Shown here: in pieces, positions 26,338 to 39,019 of the stretch | How the letters are laid out: each line of letters begins with the position of its first letter | Position numbering within the stretch: the first letter of the stretch is position 1 | DNA from: Lama guanicoe | Lineage: Eukaryota | Direction of reading: 5' to 3' | DNA: 64,000 bases | NCBI GenBank assembly: GCA_013239625.1 | Contig: MU053493.1 | Location: 443,793-507,792 of the forward strand | The notes under the pieces: generated by a model | The model's input: the letters and a program-made list of their open reading frames with translations, nothing else | What the model was told of the DNA's origin: nothing | The model's database searches: none | Program-made: the position numbers and the translations under genes

Positions 26338-27799
26338 AGCATGCTTAAACCTAATCTTTCTTCCTTCATTTTCCCCTGCCTCCATGAGGCCAGTGGAGCA
26401 CAAGCTCTTGGGGCAGGATGTGGAGGCTGGAGTGAGGATACAGGGCATGGAGTTCCAAGCAGTGCTGGGCTGATGAGGCAGTGAGATGCCCACCAGGGAC
26501 CCCATGCAGGGACAGTTGCAGTGTGAGGGTACTAAAGCCATGGGCCTCTTTCCCCTATGCCTAGCCACATGCAAACTTGCCCCAGTGCACTCTGCAACCA
26601 CCAGCCCTGCCAGACATGCAGACCCAACTGGAGATAAACAGACCTCCTTAATCCAGAACCACAATAAACTAATCACTGCTGGCTCTTAAACTGGACTGAT
26701 CTATAGAGAATACTACTGACCACCTGAAAACAATGCTCAGAGGAGAAGCTACAAACCAGGAAGAGAAGATGACATTTGAGGTAGACAGCTGACACAAGAC
26801 ACTGAACCAGGCCTGTATACCAATTACTTTATCACTCACACCTTTATATTCTGGTCTCTAGGCTTTGCTGGGGATCCTTGCTTTTTCTTTCTGACCTCTG
26901 TTATCAAGTTCTCTAAAAAACACCCTCCTTCAATCCCTAACTCTCTTTTTCCCACTGGTCCTGCAAGATCCTATGGCTCTGACAAGGGTGCCACCCTCTT
27001 GGGCTATTATTAACATACTCTCTGATCAAAAGAAAACTCTCAGTCTCCTAATGTGGCTGGGGCCAAGCCCTTGTTGCCACTGTTTTAACCTGTGGTGCCC
27101 TGGGGTCTCATAACCATACCCTGTTTGCCTTATTCACTGGCCAGCAAGTATTTGGCCACTTCTTTTGTACATGGCTTGACTAACATTGTCCCTGGTGGCA
27201 TTTTCTAGAAAACACCGCCGTGGACAGTAACTATGGGCTACAATGTCTCTGACTCCTTTCTGGCTTCATATTCCTCCAGGGACACTCTTTCAGGCAAGAA
27301 AATATCTCTGCCTTAGAAAACTGAGCTCCTGGAGTTCTACCTCAAGTTCCCCTCTCCTGCTGCCTTTCCCATTCAGGAGCTCCTCTAACCCTCTAACCCT
27401 AACTCACTCTATTTTTGCTCCCCCTTTCTCTGGCTATCCCAGTTGAGCAGCTCTCCTGCTCTTGGATCACCAGCCACTGATGGGGTTAAAACTAATTATT
27501 TTCTTGGACTGTGGAGACTCCCAGCTCATGGTTAGATTGTGGTTGCTTTCCCCATCCAGAGAGGAGGCTGGGATGCCAGGTCCTCCTTCTGTGGACCAAT
27601 GCCACTGAGATGCTAAGGTTTCTTTGGTCCATGGCTTGAGAGTACACTTGGCTACAGGCAGAAGACTGAGTCATCAGACCATAGCCTGTGGGCTTCACCT
27701 TGGGACGCTGAGCTCTAAGATCCCCCTTACCCGAGTATTCTGCCCTTCAGATGAAAAGCCAACAGTTGATCCCTTCTGGGACTCCCCTGGGATACATCT

Positions 27800-30410
27800 T
27801 AGCCAAAAGCATGGCCCATAAATAGGAACGTAAATTCATCCACCTTGCTCCAGTTTAATCTCTTTTACAGTACATAGCAAATAGTCTAAAATATCATCTA
27901 TTTAGATCTTTTATTTGCTGAGGGACATCAATGATCTCTTAAAGAAATGCAAAATAACCACCTTGGCTGTTGTTACTATCAGCAACTTGTGGTCCCCAAC
28001 ACCTCCTTGAGGGGGTCTCCCTTAAATGTAAATCCTCCCCTGCTCTCCCTACCATACAGCCCTCATTTAAAGGATAAATTTCTCATCCAATATGCACCTG
28101 AAATTAGACAAAAACTTCAAAAGGCAATCCAGGAACCTGGAGTAACTCTTGATAAATGCTAACCATTGCTGCCACAGGTTTTTTGTTTGTTTGTTGAGAT
28201 CAGGTACACAAGGCCAAGGTTTAGGAGAAGGAAAGAAGGAAAGAGGCCAGGCATGTCTAAATGATTACAGCCCTTCAAGAGCAGCCACCATCCCTAAATC
28301 CTCAGCCTCCAGCAGCTCAAGACAAGCCTGATGATCAATACATCTGACACTGACCTGGTCAATGAGCCAAGACATGTCCCCATAATGACAAACCTACAAG
28401 GTCTGCCTACTTTTGGTGTAAGAAGCAAGGTCATTGGGTGGCCCTATGTTCCTTGAGCCAAACATCCCATGAGGATAAACAGCCTTGGACCTGAAGATGG
28501 TTGTGTGGTACTAAAGAAGCCCCTTCCAGTCAGCCCCAACACAAGAGATCTTCACCACTGGGCTAAAGCCACGGGGACAAATGGATGAGGTGGGTAGGAC
28601 AATAACTTTCCTTTTGGACAGCGGGGGCACCTACTCTGTCCTGAATTCCTTATCCAGACCCTTTTCCTCTAGATCCTACAACACACCTATCCTTCTGGTC
28701 ATTAATAAGGATGGGGCCTATAAACTAGTCCAAAATTTAAAAATCTTATATGAGTCTGTAGTACCTCTTCATCCAGTGGACCCAAACTGCTACATATTAC
28801 TGAAAACATACCTCCAGGGGACCAGTGGTACACTATCTTAGATCTGAAGATGCTTCCTCCTGTATATTCCTTAGTCCCCAGTCTCAATAATTACTTGTCT
28901 TTCAGTGGGACTCACCTAATAGGTATCAATGCCAGCTGACATGGACAGCACTACCACAGGGTTTTAGAGACAGCCCTCCCCTTTTGGACAAGCTTTGGCC
29001 CAAGATTTACAGGAATTAAAGCTTGAAAAAAGGACTATTCTCCAATATGTAGATGACTTACTTATCTGCAACTTTACTCAAGAGCAGGCCATCCAGCATG
29101 CAACCCAAACCCCTGACTTCTTGGCCAAGTGGGGATACAGTTTCTCCCCCAGCAATACACCTATCCTTCTGGTCATTAGAAAAGATGGGACTTATAGCCT
29201 GGTCCAGGATTTATGAATCATAAATGAGGCAGTAGTACCTCTTCATCCAGTGGTTTCAAACCCCTATGTATTACTGGGGGACATACCTCCAGGAACCCAC
29301 TGGTACACTACCTTAGACCTAAAAGATGCTTTCTTTTGTATGCCACTTAGTCCCCAGTACCAAAATTTATTTACCTTTCAGTGGGACTCACCCAATGGGT
29401 ATCAATGCCAGCTAACCTAGACAGTTCTACCACAGGTATTTAGAGACAGTCCTCATGTCCTTGAGCAAGTTTTGGCCCAAGATTTACAGGACTTATGGCT
29501 TGAAAAAGGAACTGTTTTCCAATATGTAGATGACTTACTTATCTGCTCCATTTATCGAGAACAGGATATCCAACATGCAATCCAAACCCTTAACTTCTTG
29601 GTCGAGCCAAGGTATAAATTTTCCAGGTCCATGGCCAAAATGGCTAAACAACATGTAACTTATGTAGCAGTGACTCCTGAAAACCATAGCATTTCCCCTG
29701 AACAAATTCAGGGAATCTTAGAACTCCCTAACCCCACTACTCAAAAACAGTTCAGGGCACTTCTTGGACTAACAGGTTACCTACTGTAGGCTTTGGTCTA
29801 TAGCCCAAATTCTATATGACAGCTTAAAGGGTAAGGATGACTCAGTATCTCTCCAGTGGAGTCCTTCCCAAAAGGAAGCAATGGAAAAATTTAAAAGTCC
29901 CTAGTAAGATCCCCAGCCTTGGGGCTTCCAGATCCCACAAGGCCCTCCAGTTATATATTCATTACAGAAGAGGAATAGCCTTGGGGATCCTCACCCAATG
30001 GCTGGGTCCTACCCAACAGCCCATGGGATACCTCTCCAAGTGGCTAGATCCCACTGCGCAAGGCTGGCCTTCCTGCCTAAGAGTGCTGGGAGCCCTCTCC
30101 ACTCTCCTGGAGGAAGGTTTTTAGCTAACACTGGGGGCCTCTATACAAGCATACACTAACCACAAAGTATCTGATCTTTTAAAAGGCAAGGGATATTTCT
30201 GGCTCTCAAACTCTCAAAAACTCAGATGTTACTGTCTCTATTTGTGGGACGCTCAATTCTGCTACACTATTACCATCTCCAGATGAGTCTCTTCCTTTTC
30301 ACATATGTCATGATACCCAATACATTTCTCTAGGAGCTAGAACAGATCTCACTGACCAATCCCTGGAAAACCTTGATGAGATCTGGTTCATCAATGGGAG
30401 CCACATATTC
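27800..30410 (+). pseudogene. pol: ERV gag-pro-pol remnant with tandemly duplicated RT core
   Basis: Two copies of NTPILLV..LDLK..LPQ.FRDSP..QYVDDLLIC (28674-29147 and 29148-29624); no integrase. Confidence 0.88.
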
Positions 30411-30688
30411 TCTTGAACCTCTTAGCAATCTGAGACTGGTTTTCAAGTGACACCCCAAGCCAAACTTCAAAAGTCTATGCAACAAGGTAATCAACCAATC
30501 AGCCAAGACAGCTTTTATAAAAACCCCTCGATGAACACTGACCCTTTGCTCACCACCTGCCCAGTGACAGACAGCTAGTCTGGGACCCCATTGAGCTCCA
30601 CCATCACTCCAGGTCAGCAGGAAGTAGCTAGAGAAGCCGTCACCCTCTACATCCCAGAAATTTGGGGTCCTATGACTAGAGGGGGTAA

Positions 30689-31060
30689 TGTTAGGTAGAT
30701 TAGATGGAAATGAGCACTGGGAAGGGGGAGAGGAAAGGGGAAAGGAAGGGGAAAGGAATAATCCAGAACACAAAGAACCTGAGCTCTCTAATTAACCAGA
30801 GTGCAAGGAAACTGGGCTGTCAATCAATCAGTCAATCACAAAACAAGCATATAAAATGAAAAACAAAGGAACAGTACCATTTTTCCTCTCTTGGATTGGC
30901 CTACTCCCAATTTTTGGGACTGTACTATCTTCCTTTTTTTTTTTTTACTTCACTAATGAAAAATTCTTCCTTATATCACTCTTTTTGTCTCATCAAAAAT
31001 TCTTTTTTTTTTAGGTGACTAAGAACCAAGGTAATTTTTATGTCTCTTTTCTCAATAACA
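30689..31060 (+). repeat. 3' LTR of the His-primed ERV
   Basis: tgttaggtag...aataaca after PPT; 3' part repeats 26188-26312. Confidence 0.88.
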
Positions 31061-31336
31061 GTAACATTCTCTTCTCCTTGCAATAGGACACAATTGGAAA
31101 CATTGATTATAATACCAAGGCTTTGATTGGATTGTCATGTTTGAAAATGATTTGCATCAAACCAGATGTGACCTAAGAACTTTAAGGAACTAAGGTTGAC
31201 TTTAAAGATCCAATTCTTACAAAGGGCCCCTTGGAAAATCTGGCCTGAACTTGGCTTATGGGGTTTCATATGTTAGAAGTCAGTAAGGAGAGGCCTTTTC
31301 AGGCAGGCCCAGGATCATCAGACTATTTGGGGAATG

Positions 31337-32761
31337 CAGACAAGTTCAGTATTTTCAGTCAAGATGGCAAAGAGGTAAGACCACGAATGCCTCTCCTCTT
31401 GACTACAACAAAAGCACAATTGAATGTTAAAAAACTGTCAAAAAATAAAGACTGGAATCTAGCAAAAAAAGATTTTCTGTGACTGGAAACATAAAGAGGG
31501 AACCACAGCTGGATGGTAGGAGGGTGTGCTCAAGATATAATTGGGCCCCATATCCTCCAGGTGTTCGACCCACAAGCTGAAGATTTGTTAAGTTGCAGAG
31601 GCCCTCCCACAAGAGTGAGAGCTCTAAGCCCCACGTCAGTCTCCCCAGCTTGGGTCCCAGCATTGGGAAGAGAATGAGACCCCAGCACATCTAGTTTTGA
31701 AGGCCAAGGGGGCTTGTATCTAGGAGCTTCACAGGTCTGGGGGAAATGGCAACTCCATTAACTTGGGAAGCATGTATGGAAACTCACATTCACCAGGTGG
31801 AAGAGCAGAGACAGTGATTTCAAAGGGACCTGTGCCAGACCTGCCTGCTGGATATGATATACCTCCTGGGGACATGGGGGATGTCTGTGGCTCATCCAGG
31901 AGACATAAAAGTTGGTGGCGTACATTCTGGGAGTTTTCATCTATATGAGCTTTCTTGGAGGCTGACATCTTGATTGGATCATTAGCTCCAAGACCGAGCA
32001 CCACCCAACAGCCTGTAGGGAAGCCTCAGGCCAAACAACATACAGGTTGGGTACACAGCCACATCCATCAGCAGACTTCCTGAGTCACAAAGGCCTCTTG
32101 ACACAGCCCTACCCACCAGAGATCCATGACCAAGCTTCGCCCAGCAGTGGGAAAGCATTGGCTCCTCCTGCCAGGAAACCTGCATAAGCCTCTAGATCAG
32201 CCTCATCCACCAGGGGCAGACACCAGAAATATGAAAGCAATCCCAGTGCCTGTGTAAGGAGTCCACAAACACACAGAAAGACAGACAATATGAGGTGGCA
32301 AAAGAATATCTCCCAGTACAAGGCTCAAGAAAAAATCCCAGAAGAAGAAAGAAGTGCTGAGGAGATAAGCAATTTATCTGAGGAAGAGTTTAAAGCACTG
32401 ATGATGAAGGTGCTCAGAGAACTCAAGAGGAGAATAGGTGCACTGGGTAAGGTTTTTGGGCAAAGCGTTGGGAAATATAAATTATCCCCAGGGTTGAGGA
32501 ACAAAATCACCAAAATAAATAACACACTAGAAGGAACCAAGAATAGACTAAATGAGGCTCCAGAAGAACAGACCAATGAGCTAGAAGACAGATGAGTGGA
32601 ATGAACTTAAATATGAAGCAAAAACAGACACACAGATATAGAATACAAACTTCTAGTTGCCAGGGTAGAGTGGGGTGGGAAGGGATAGAGTGGGATTTTG
32701 AGATTTGTAGATACTGACAGGTATATAACTGCTCTAAAAAATAAAATCTATTAACAAAGAA
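31337..32761 (+). mobile_element. Internally deleted HAL1-type retroposon (5'UTR + ORF1 N-terminus + L1 3'UTR patch + shared tail)
   Basis: 5'UTR and ORF1 start (MRWQKNISQ, 32290) match 40501-41760; ends actgctctaaaaaataaaatctattaa like 43494-43522; degenerate TSD agactatttggggaatg / agaatattggggaatg. Confidence 0.8.
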
Positions 32762-33718
32762 AGAATATTGGGGAATGTATAGAAAAGAGGAATTCATCTC
32801 AATCGACAGGTATTGTAGACAGAATCTAGTGTAGACCCTTGGCTTGGCTTCATATCCTCCAGAGGCTTTTAAAAGTCTAATCTCAGGTTCCTTATGAAAA
32901 GCTATAGCAAAGCAAAATCAAGAAACCATGTGTCAATCAGTATTCTTGCTGTACTTACATAATCAGACTAAGTTTAATGAGACTGGACTTATTTTGCAAA
33001 CAAATTTGTCTATGATTCTCTCTGATAGTAGAAGTTATGATAATAGAGGTAAATTTTTGTTTCAGTGGAAAACCATGATGTACACTTCTGGATCTGATCA
33101 CACACGTCTTGACAGTCCTTGACAAATCCTGGATTGTTCTAGTTTCCTCCAAAATCTCACTAAATCTCTCCAAATTAGCACTTGAAATCATTGTGAAGTA
33201 AAACTGCCCTTTTCCCAAGCTTGCAAATTTGAAGTTAGAAAATGTATCATTAGCATCAAGAAATTCACAACAGACCATGGATAGGCAACTTTTGTGTCAG
33301 CTGTTGTGTGGGCCACTCAGCAAGTTCACCTGAATTCCTGATGCCATCACCACGGACAGTCAAACTGAAATCTGGGACAACCATTGGATTGCCACTGCTA
33401 CCCTCTCTACACTATCTAAAGACATATTGAGCCCAGCCTCTTCTTGATTAGCTGCCCTCTGGATTCCATTTTTTTTTTACTATTATTCTTTTTTCCCCGC
33501 CTCTGATTTTCATAGACACTACTCTTCACTAAATGCTGGATATCTAGCACCCTCCAGCAAATGCACTCTACTAACAAGTCTTAACAGATGATTCAGCTGG
33601 TCCTTAATGAACCAAGTGTGTCTGAACAAGAACTGAGTTTATAGTATTCAAAGGAAAGAAGAACATTTGTCTCTTCTTTCCTTGAACAAGAAACGGCCTG
33701 ACAAATATATCTTGTGGG

Positions 33719-34327
33719 AACTCTAACTGGAAATGACTCATGCACTCCAATGTTCACAGCAGCACTATTTACAATAGCCAAGGCATGGAAGCAACCTCAA
33801 TGTCCATCAACAGGTGACTGGATAAAGAAATCGTGGTGTATATATACAATGGAATACTACTCAGCCATAAAAAAGAAATAATGCCATTTGCAGCAACATG
33901 AACGGACCTAGAGATCATCATTCTAAGTGAAGTAAGCCAGAAAGAGAAAGAAAAGTATCATGTGATATCACATATATGTGGAATCCAAAAAGAAAAACAA
34001 AAGGACAAAAGTGAGCAAAACAGAATAGAGACAGACTCACAGATATAGAAAACAGGCTTATGGTTACCTGGGGGAAAGGAGGTAGGGAGGGACAAATTGG
34101 GAGTTAAGGATTTGCAGATACTAACTACTATATATAGAATAGATAACATTATATTCTACTGTATAGCTCAGGGAACTATATGCAATAACTTGTAATAAAG
34201 TATAATGAAATAGTGTGTGTATATATATATATATAAAACACATATATATATTTATATATCTAAATCACTATGCTGTACACCAGGAATTAACAGCATTCTA
34301 AATTGAACATACTTGAGTTTAAAAAAA
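33719..34327 (+). mobile_element. 5'-truncated L1 (ORF2 end + 3'UTR)
   Basis: ccaatgttcacagcagcactatttacaatagcc... through ...tgctgtacaccaggaattaac and A tail. Confidence 0.9.
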
Positions 34328-34334
34328 GACTACA

Positions 34335-36002
34335 GGCAGGATATCTTATGTCGACTGCCTATGAATCACGCTGTAAAAAAGCAATAACCTCTCTTTTTCC
34401 TCTCTGCCATCTGTTCAGCGATGGCTAAACTACAACTATGCCTAAGTGCATCTCCATCCACACTGGCCACGCTGGTGTCCAGATTGGCAATGCCTGCTGG
34501 GAGATCTACTGCCTGGAACATGACATTAGGCACAATGGCCAGATGCTAAGTGATAAGACCATTGTGGGAGCAGATGACTCCTTCAACACCTTCTTCAGTG
34601 AAACAGGTGCTGGCAACCATGTGTCCAGGGCAGTGTTTGCAGACCTGGAATCCACAGTCATTGATGAACTTCACAGTGGCATCTGCCACCAGCTCTTCCA
34701 CCCTGAGCAGCTCATCACAGTCAAAGAAGATGCTGCCAATATCTATGCCCATGGTCACTACACCATTGGCAAGGAGATCATTGATCTCATCTTGGACCAA
34801 ATTTGGAAACCAGCTGACCAGTGCACAGGTCTTCAGGGCTTCTTGGTTTTCCACAGCATCGGTGGGGGAACTGGTTCTGGGTTCACCTCCCTGATGGTGG
34901 AACATCTCTCTGTCAATTATGGCAAGAAGTCCAAACTGGAGTTCTCCATGTACCCAGCCCCCCTCAGGTTTCCAAGCTGTGGTTGAGCCCTAAAACTCCA
35001 TCCTCACCACCCATGCCACCTTGGAGCACTCTGATTGTGCCTTCATGGTAGACAATGAGGCCATATACGACATCTGCATTAGAAACCTCGATACTGGGCG
35101 CCCAACATACACTAACCTGCATAGGCTGATAGGTCAAGTTGTATCCTCATTCACTGCTTCCCTGAGGTTTGATGGAGCCCTCAATGTTGATCTGAAAGAA
35201 TTCCAGACAAACTTAGGTCCCTGTCCTCACATCCCCTTCCCTCTGTCCACATGTGCCCCTGTCATCTCTGCTGAGAAAGCCTACCATGAACAGCTTTCTG
35301 TATCAGAGATCACCAATGCTTGCTTTGAGCCAGCCAACCAGATGATGAAATGTGACCCTCACCAGGGTAAATAGGTGGCTTGCTGCCTGTTATACCATGG
35401 TGATGTGGCTCCCAAAGATGTCAATGCTGCCATTGCCACCATCAAGATCAAACGTACCATCCAGTTTGTGGACTGATGCCTCACTGGCTTCAAAGTTGGC
35501 ATTAATTACCAGCCTCCCACCATGGTACCTGGTGGAGACCTGGCCAAAGTACAGCAAGCTGTGTGCATGCTGAGCAACACCACAGCCATTGCTGAGAGCT
35601 GGGCTCACCTGGACTACAAGTTTGGCCTGATGTGTGCCAAGCATGCCTTTGTTCACTGGTACTTGTGTGAGGGCATGGAGGAAGGAGAGTTTTCTGAGGC
35701 TCATGAGGACATGGCGGCCCTTGAGAAGATTTATGAGGAGGCCCGTGTAGATTCTGTTGAAGGAGAGGGAGAGGAAGTAGGGGAGGAATAGTAAAGTTAA
35801 AATGTCACAAAGGTGCTGCTTTTACAGGGAAGCTTATTCTGTTATAAACTGAAAAGTTGTGGTCTGATCAGTTAATTTGTATGTAGAAGTGTATATTCTC
35901 ATATACAATTACTGACCTATGATTTAAAACACAACTTTTTGTTACAGACCCAAGGTATCCACTTCTCTGATGGATTTGAAAAAAAGTATTCCCTCTCTTA
36001 AA
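34335..36002 (+). pseudogene. TUBA1A: Processed alpha-tubulin 1A pseudogene (5'UTR + CDS 34438-35794 + 3'UTR + polyA)
   Basis: Intronless alpha-tubulin (GGGTGSG motif, acidic tail [11 protein letters not shown]); frameshift near 34960 and in-frame stops; UTRs match TUBA1A as I recall them; TSD aaaaaaaga(c/t)taca (34321-34334 / 36003-36016). Confidence 0.93.
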
Positions 36003-36020
36003 AAAAAAAGATTACAAAGA

Positions 36021-36479
36021 TCTGACAAGGATTATTTGGTTTACCAAACTTTAATCAGACCCTTGAATCTTCTCCTAGGCCCATAATGGTACCTCCTTGT
36101 AAAATCTTCAGCAAGAATTCTGCTGAGTGTATTTTGCATGAGGCCTTATCCTACAGGTCTGATCACCCTACATATCTAATTAGGTTACTCATATTCCACC
36201 CCCCCACCAGGTAATGTCTGATCAGTCTGACTCATCTTCAACAAAAATCCTATATGTCTGTTTACCGAGAAATTCACTTGTCCTTTGTGTTTCCTATTAG
36301 TAATATGCCATCCAGCGACCCCACACTGAGCTCCTCTGATAAAAATTCCCTCTTCCCAATTCTCTATTCTTCATTGAGCCCAGTTCTATATTGAGGTCTC
36401 TTTTTCCTTATTACTATAGTTCTGAATAAATATGTTTTTACCACATTAAATACTCTCCACATATGGCTGTCCTGTGATA
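36021..36479 (+). mobile_element. MER31/MER67-like LTR (3' LTR of internal copy 2)
   Basis: tgacaaggattatttggtttaccaaactttaatcag... aataaa ...tgtgata; reverse-complement homolog of 3633-4760. Confidence 0.8.
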
Positions 36480-39019
36480 GTCTTCATAATCATACCGTGC
36501 AGTAACTCCCCTTTTGCCTGTTGACACAGAGGCATGAGGAGCCCAAAGTGGCCAGACGTCTTAAGCTCCACTCAGGAAAATTATTGTTCTGTCTCCTGGA
36601 AGAAACACTCCTTCACCAGGAACTACAAAGTCTAGGTGGGTAGAGCTTAATGTCATGAGAAAAGGGGGAAAAAGTTTCTAAGGGTAACATAGAATGTGAT
36701 GCCCCTACAATTTCCACCCCTTCATTCCTGGACCTATTAACTGAATCATTACTGGAAGCTGATTCAGGACACGAATGACCTCCTGAAGAAACTTTCCAAA
36801 GCTCTGCAATATACTGCCACCTTCCTCAGTGCCACTGAAACTGAGTCTTCAAAAGGCCCTTCCCGTGTTGTATCCACCCAGCTGCTTCAGGATGGTGGCA
36901 AACAGGGTGATATAGTGGATTCAATGGGCATGGGACCCTTCCCTCACTTCTTTCGCTGCAAGGTGAATTCCTTGGACTGAAGCAATCCTTTGTAGAATGC
37001 TATGATAACAGATAAAACATCTTTAAGTCCACACTGTAGTTTTGGCAACAGCATGCACACAGTCAAGGCAAATCCAGACCCACAGTAAGTGTCTGTTTCA
37101 ACAAGGCTAAAATGATGCCTTCCATTATGAAAGCATCCTGATGTAATCGACATGCCAGCAGGGGTCTGTCTGAGGACCCCCTGGAATGTGCCACATGAGA
37201 GACCCAGTGCTGCTGCCCGCTTTTGTCAGATCAGACACTCAGCCATGGTGAATGGAAGCCCATGTTGATAAGCACATACATGACCTCCATCACTGCCACC
37301 ACAGCCACCTTGTTCATGAGCCCTGTGGGCAAGGACTGACATGGGAGGGAAAGAGGTTGACTGATACCCACAGAATGTGTCATCCTCTCTGCTTGATTGT
37401 TGAAATCTTCCTCATCTGGGGTCAAACCCTGGTGAGCATTCACATAGGACACACGTATCTTTCTTTTTTTTCCTATTGAGAGAGATCTATCCACATACCT
37501 ATTCTCCAAATTTCATTTTTACCAGTTTTCCAAGCATGTTCCTTTAAAGTCCCTTTGTTCTGACTGTCAAGCCAAACCATTGCCTACAGCCCCAAATCAT
37601 TATATAATCACACTTCAGGCCATTTTAACTTTCAAACAATATGCACAATCAGGTGCACTGACTGCCTGAAGTTCTGAATGGTTATATGCTCAGTGTTCAT
37701 CCTCACTGTCCTTCAGTGAAGCCCCAGGAAGGGGCTGTAGCCCTACAGCACCCCACTTTCAGATGACATCTAAAAGTGGTGCAAAACCATAAGTAAAAAT
37801 GCTTGCATCTTTTCTTCCAGTGACAAGGGGCTGAAGGGAACTCCACAGTATGGGATACAGGTATGGATGGGAGAGGGCATTTCTTCCTGTCACTTACAAG
37901 TAACTTCCTGGCCTGTCTGGGCCCAATCCCATACATACCACTCCCATTTAATGTAGGAGTACTACTATGCCTGCCCTAATTTAAGACTTGTTGGGTTAAA
38001 TAACACTTGGGCAGCTCCAGTCAAATAATGTCTTGGTGGCCTGTCATTAAATATTCAGTCTCTGATGAGACCCAGTCACAGAGCAAGAGTTGTTTCTCAA
38101 AAGGAGAGTATTAATTGGAGGATGATAGTAGGACCTTGCTCTAAAATCCTTAACACCTGTGCTGTGACTTACCAGTGGGCTGCCAAAGGCTTCAAATAGT
38201 ATCCATGTGAATCAGTGGAACTTCAAGAGCCAATGGGTCAGATGGGTTATGTGGTCCAAGTGGCAGAATGGCTTGCACAGCATCCTGGACCCATTATGGA
38301 GCCTTCTCTTCTCCCTCCACCACCCTGCCTTTAAAACTAGTAGCTTCCTGCCACTTGATACGTGGGACAGGTTAACACACCCAAATGACGAATATGTTGC
38401 ATCCAAAATCAACATGCCCACTGGATATTGTGCTTCTTAGTTCTAAAAAGGGATACAGATACAACAATTTGCCCTTTACCTTAAAAAGGGTATCTGGACA
38501 TGTCCCACACCTTTTGGCACCCTAGAGATGGCACTGAAGCAGAAATTCTTGGGCTTTTTTTGGAATTTAATCTCCACCTTCTGACATGGAAATGTCTTAC
38601 CATTAAGTCTAGAATAGTTGCTGGTCTTCCTCTCTAGGTCCAAGCAGCATAACTTCATAATTCAATGCAACAACATACTGGACCAGTGTGATATCTTGTG
38701 GGAGGGAGGGGTGATCAACATCCCTGCAAACTAAACTGTGACACTGATGGACAGTTGATACATCCATCAGGAAGGACAGTGAAGGTGCATTGATGGCCTT
38801 GCACATGTAAGGAAACTGTTTCTAGTAGGCACTAAGGTGAAGGAGGCATTTGCCAGATCAACAGGTCACTACTGGGTATCAGAGTATGTGTGAATTCATT
38901 GTATCAATAAAACCACATTTAGTACAGCAGTTGCATCAGTATGTTAATCTCCCAACAATCCACTGTCATCCTTCAATACATTTGTCCTCTGTCCAGGCCA
39001 AATAGAAGAGTTGAAATGG
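36480..39019 (-). mobile_element. ERV-L internal (RT, RNase H, integrase, dUTPase remnants)
   Basis: Minus-strand peptides VSYVNAHQ..EEDFNNQAERMT, VETDTYCGSGFA, QCHSLVCRDVDHPSLPQDITLVQY; reverse-complement homolog of about 1676-3632. Confidence 0.88.

Larger units (their letters stand above)
26188..31060 (+). mobile_element. Deleted class I ERV with tRNA-His PBS (HERV-H/F-like pol); partial 5' LTR, full 3' LTR
   Basis: 26188-26312 matches the end of the 3' LTR (about 30940-31060); PBS; gag CA LKDKFLIQYAPEIRQKLQK, zinc knuckle, protease FLLDSGG, RT, start of RNase H; PPT agagggggtaa. Confidence 0.9.
13190..33698 (+). mobile_element. MER31/MER4-group ERV1 internal sequence (copy 2, + strand), split into pieces 13190-14054, 22213-23628, 31061-31336 and 32762-33698 by younger insertions
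   Basis: Pieces are reverse-complement homologs of 43550-44330, 39020-40480 and 4761-7115; ends in a PPT-like stretch before tgacaa at 33699. Confidence 0.7.

Noticed and set aside
26355..26610. rDNA 5'ETS origin of the GC-rich tract
   Set aside because: Only a short, low-complexity resemblance after mentally restoring CpGs; not supportable without a search
34438..34986. 182-aa alpha-tubulin ORF as a functional gene
   Set aside because: Intronless, frameshifted near 34960, downstream stops, many substitutions at invariant residues, polyA and TSD: processed pseudogene
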